NCBI GenBank assembly: GCA_035498555.1
Contig: DATKAB010000127.1
Coordinates: 1 to 25,360, forward strand
Reading direction: 5' to 3'
DNA: 25,360 nucleotides
DNA from: Candidatus Sulfotelmatobacter sp.
GTDB taxonomy: Bacteria; Eisenbacteria; RBG-16-71-46
The notes beneath the pieces were generated by a model. The model was not told where the DNA came from. It worked only from the letters and a program-made list of their open reading frames with translations, and searched no databases. Shown piece by piece: positions 23,856-25,360 of the stretch (within the stretch, counting starts at the first letter, position 1; each line of letters starts with the position of its first letter). The translations under genes were made by a program, and so were the position numbers.

Positions 23856-25360
23856 ATGCGTTTCGCGGCGCTGCTGCTGGCCCTGGCCTCGGCGCTCACG
23901 CTGTTCACCGGCCTCGATCGCGTCGGCTATCTCGACCAGCGCGAGGCCCGCGACGCCTGCATCGCCGGCGAGCAGCGGCTCTCGAGCGACCCGCTGACGC
24001 CGCACTACGACCGCCAGCCGTTCTTCGACCGGCCGCTGCTGGGCCTGCTGCCCGAGCTGCTGGGACATGGCCACGGGAGCGCGAATCCGCTTCCGTCACG
24101 CCTGATTCGCGCGGCGCTGGCACTGGCGCTGGTGCTGCTCACCTGGCGGATCGGCGCGCAACAATTCGGCGAACGCGCCGGGCTCGCTTCGGGGCTGGTG
24201 CTCGCCACCTGCATGGGGCTGCCGATGGCGGCGCGCGCCGACGGCGCGCAATTGCTGGCGTCGCTCGCCGCGTGGCTCGCGCTCTCGGTGTTTGCGCGCG
24301 CGGTGTTCTCGGAGCGCCGCGAGCCGTTCATCCCGCTCGCGCTCGCCCATCTTTCCCTGGGCGTCGCGCTGCTCACCGGCGGTCCGCTGCCGGCGCTGTG
24401 GCCAATCGCCGGCGTCGCGCTCTACGCGCGGCTGGCCGGGCGGCCGAAAGCACTCGCCGCGATTCGCCCGCTCGCGGCGCTGGCGATCGCCTCGGGCCTC
24501 GCGCTGCCGTGGTACGCCACCATGGCGATGCGGCACGGAGCGGCGTTCGGCGCGCGCGTGATGTGGATGCCCTACGGCCAGGGAAATCCGGGCCCGTGGT
24601 ACGCCGGCATCGTGTTCGCGGTTTCGTTCCTGGTGCTGGGCGGCTTCCCGTGGAGCGCGCTGCTGCCCGCGGCGTTCGCCCACGCCGCGATGCGCTGGCG
24701 GGCCGTGCGGTTCGCTTCGCGCGTCGGGCAGCGACCGGATTCGCCGTTCACGCCGCAGGATCTCGAGCTCCTGGCGCGCGAAGAGCGCGAGGAACGCATT
24801 GCGCACTTCCTGATCGCCGGGCTGGTGGCGGCGCTCGCTCCGCTCGCGTTCTATCCGTCGCCGCCGATGTCGGCGGCGCTCCCCGCTTTGCCGGCGATCG
24901 CGCTGCTGTGCGGGCGCTTCGTGGACCACCTGTTCGAGGATCCGGCGCGCCTGCAGGCGCCGTTCGCGCGCGCCACGCTGATGCTGGGGCTCACCGCCAC
25001 CGTGACCGCGGTGGCGCTGTCGATGGCGGGCACCAGCATCAATTCGCTGTTTCCCGCGATCCGCTGGCTCGCGCCATTCGCGCTGGTGTCGGGCTGGGCG
25101 CCGTTCTTGGCGCATTTCTTCCTGCGCCGGCCGCGCTGGGGCGCGGCGCTGATGGCGATGCCGGTGCTGGTCGGCGCGCCGCTGGTTTCGTGGCGGCTGC
25201 TGCCCGAGCTCGAGGACTTCCTGAGCACGCGCTCGGTCGCCGAAGCCATGAACGTGGCGTCGCCGCCCGACGCGACGCTGGCGCTGCTCGAGTCGGCGCC
25301 GCCGACGCTTCGGCTCTATCTGGAGCGGCGCACGCTGCAGGTGCGGGCGCCCGAGCAGGC
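23856..25360 (+). CDS. ArnT/PMT-like (GT39/GT83) membrane glycosyltransferase, 3' end outside window
   Basis: Open frame from ATG 23856 to the window end; no stop, so it is absent from the ORF track. MRFAALLLALASALTLFTGLDRVGYLDQREARDACIAGEQ... An N-terminal periplasmic-loop DExR-like motif and multiple TM helices are typical of ArnT-family undecaprenyl-phosphate-sugar transferases. Confidence 0.65.
   Translation, partial: MRFAALLLALASALTLFTGLDRVGYLDQREARDACIAGEQRLSSDPLTPHYDRQPFFDRPLLGLLPELLGHGHGSANPLPSRLIRAALALALVLLTWRIGAQQFGERAGLASGLVLATCMGLPMAARADGAQLLASLAAWLALSVFARAVFSERREPFIPLALAHLSLGVALLTGGPLPALWPIAGVALYARLAGRPKALAAIRPLAALAIASGLALPWYATMAMRHGAAFGARVMWMPYGQGNPGPWYAGIVFAVSFLVLGGFPWSALLPAAFAHAAMRWRAVRFASRVGQRPDSPFTPQDLELLAREEREERIAHFLIAGLVAALAPLAFYPSPPMSAALPALPAIALLCGRFVDHLFEDPARLQAPFARATLMLGLTATVTAVALSMAGTSINSLFPAIRWLAPFALVSGWAPFLAHFFLRRPRWGAALMAMPVLVGAPLVSWRLLPELEDFLSTRSVAEAMNVASPPDATLALLESAPPTLRLYLERRTLQVRAPEQ

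Noticed and set aside
24096-25115. 339-aa minus-strand Arg/Glu-rich ORF and other small ORFs at 23809-24561
   Set aside because: They lie antisense to or out of frame with the ArnT-like membrane glycosyltransferase reading frame. That frame has clear TM-helix periodicity and an ArnT-type N-terminal motif.

Overview
This is a high-GC (about 70%) bacterial chromosomal segment. A T9SS-type C-terminal sorting domain, a tricorn protease and the KAP-rich basic tails suggest a Gemmatimonadota-like or other FCB-group soil organism; this is inference only. I could support about 19 genes.

Gene content, in order:
- (a) A minus-strand catabolic operon of six genes: 3-hydroxyacyl-CoA dehydrogenase, two DinB-superfamily paralogs (one with a histone-H1-like N-terminal tail), aldehyde dehydrogenase, a tandem-VOC/glyoxalase-fold protein with a basic C-terminal tail, and thiolase.
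- (b) Next to it, a BioY biotin transporter and a divergent AtuA-like (DUF1446) gene. The ATGA/GTGA stop-start overlaps are in (a): VOC->thiolase at 1390-1393 and HBD->DinB-tail at 5320-5323.
- (c) A third DinB-family gene followed by a textbook intrinsic terminator.
- (d) An SPFH(band-7) / Arc-like RHH / 180-aa unknown operon, preceded by three tandem AT-rich 11-bp repeats.
- (e) A lipoprotein whose mature part reads as a circularly permuted cupredoxin behind a Gly13 linker. A palindromic operator and a small secreted His/Cys-rich protein lie downstream.
- (f) An overlapping HEAT-repeat protein / HD-GYP phosphodiesterase pair that appear to share an N-terminal domain.
- (g) A tricorn protease, a hypothetical secreted/outer-membrane protein with a small lipoprotein partner, and a large beta-helix/PKD/T9SS-CTD protein.
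- (h) DoxX and a partial ArnT-like glycosyltransferase.

I saw no tRNA, rRNA, CRISPR or obvious mobile element; only a partial HNH nuclease lies at the left edge. Coordinates taken from the ORF track are exact. Coordinates I derived by reading the sequence (starts chosen inside longer ORFs, hairpins, repeats) may be off by 1-2 nt.
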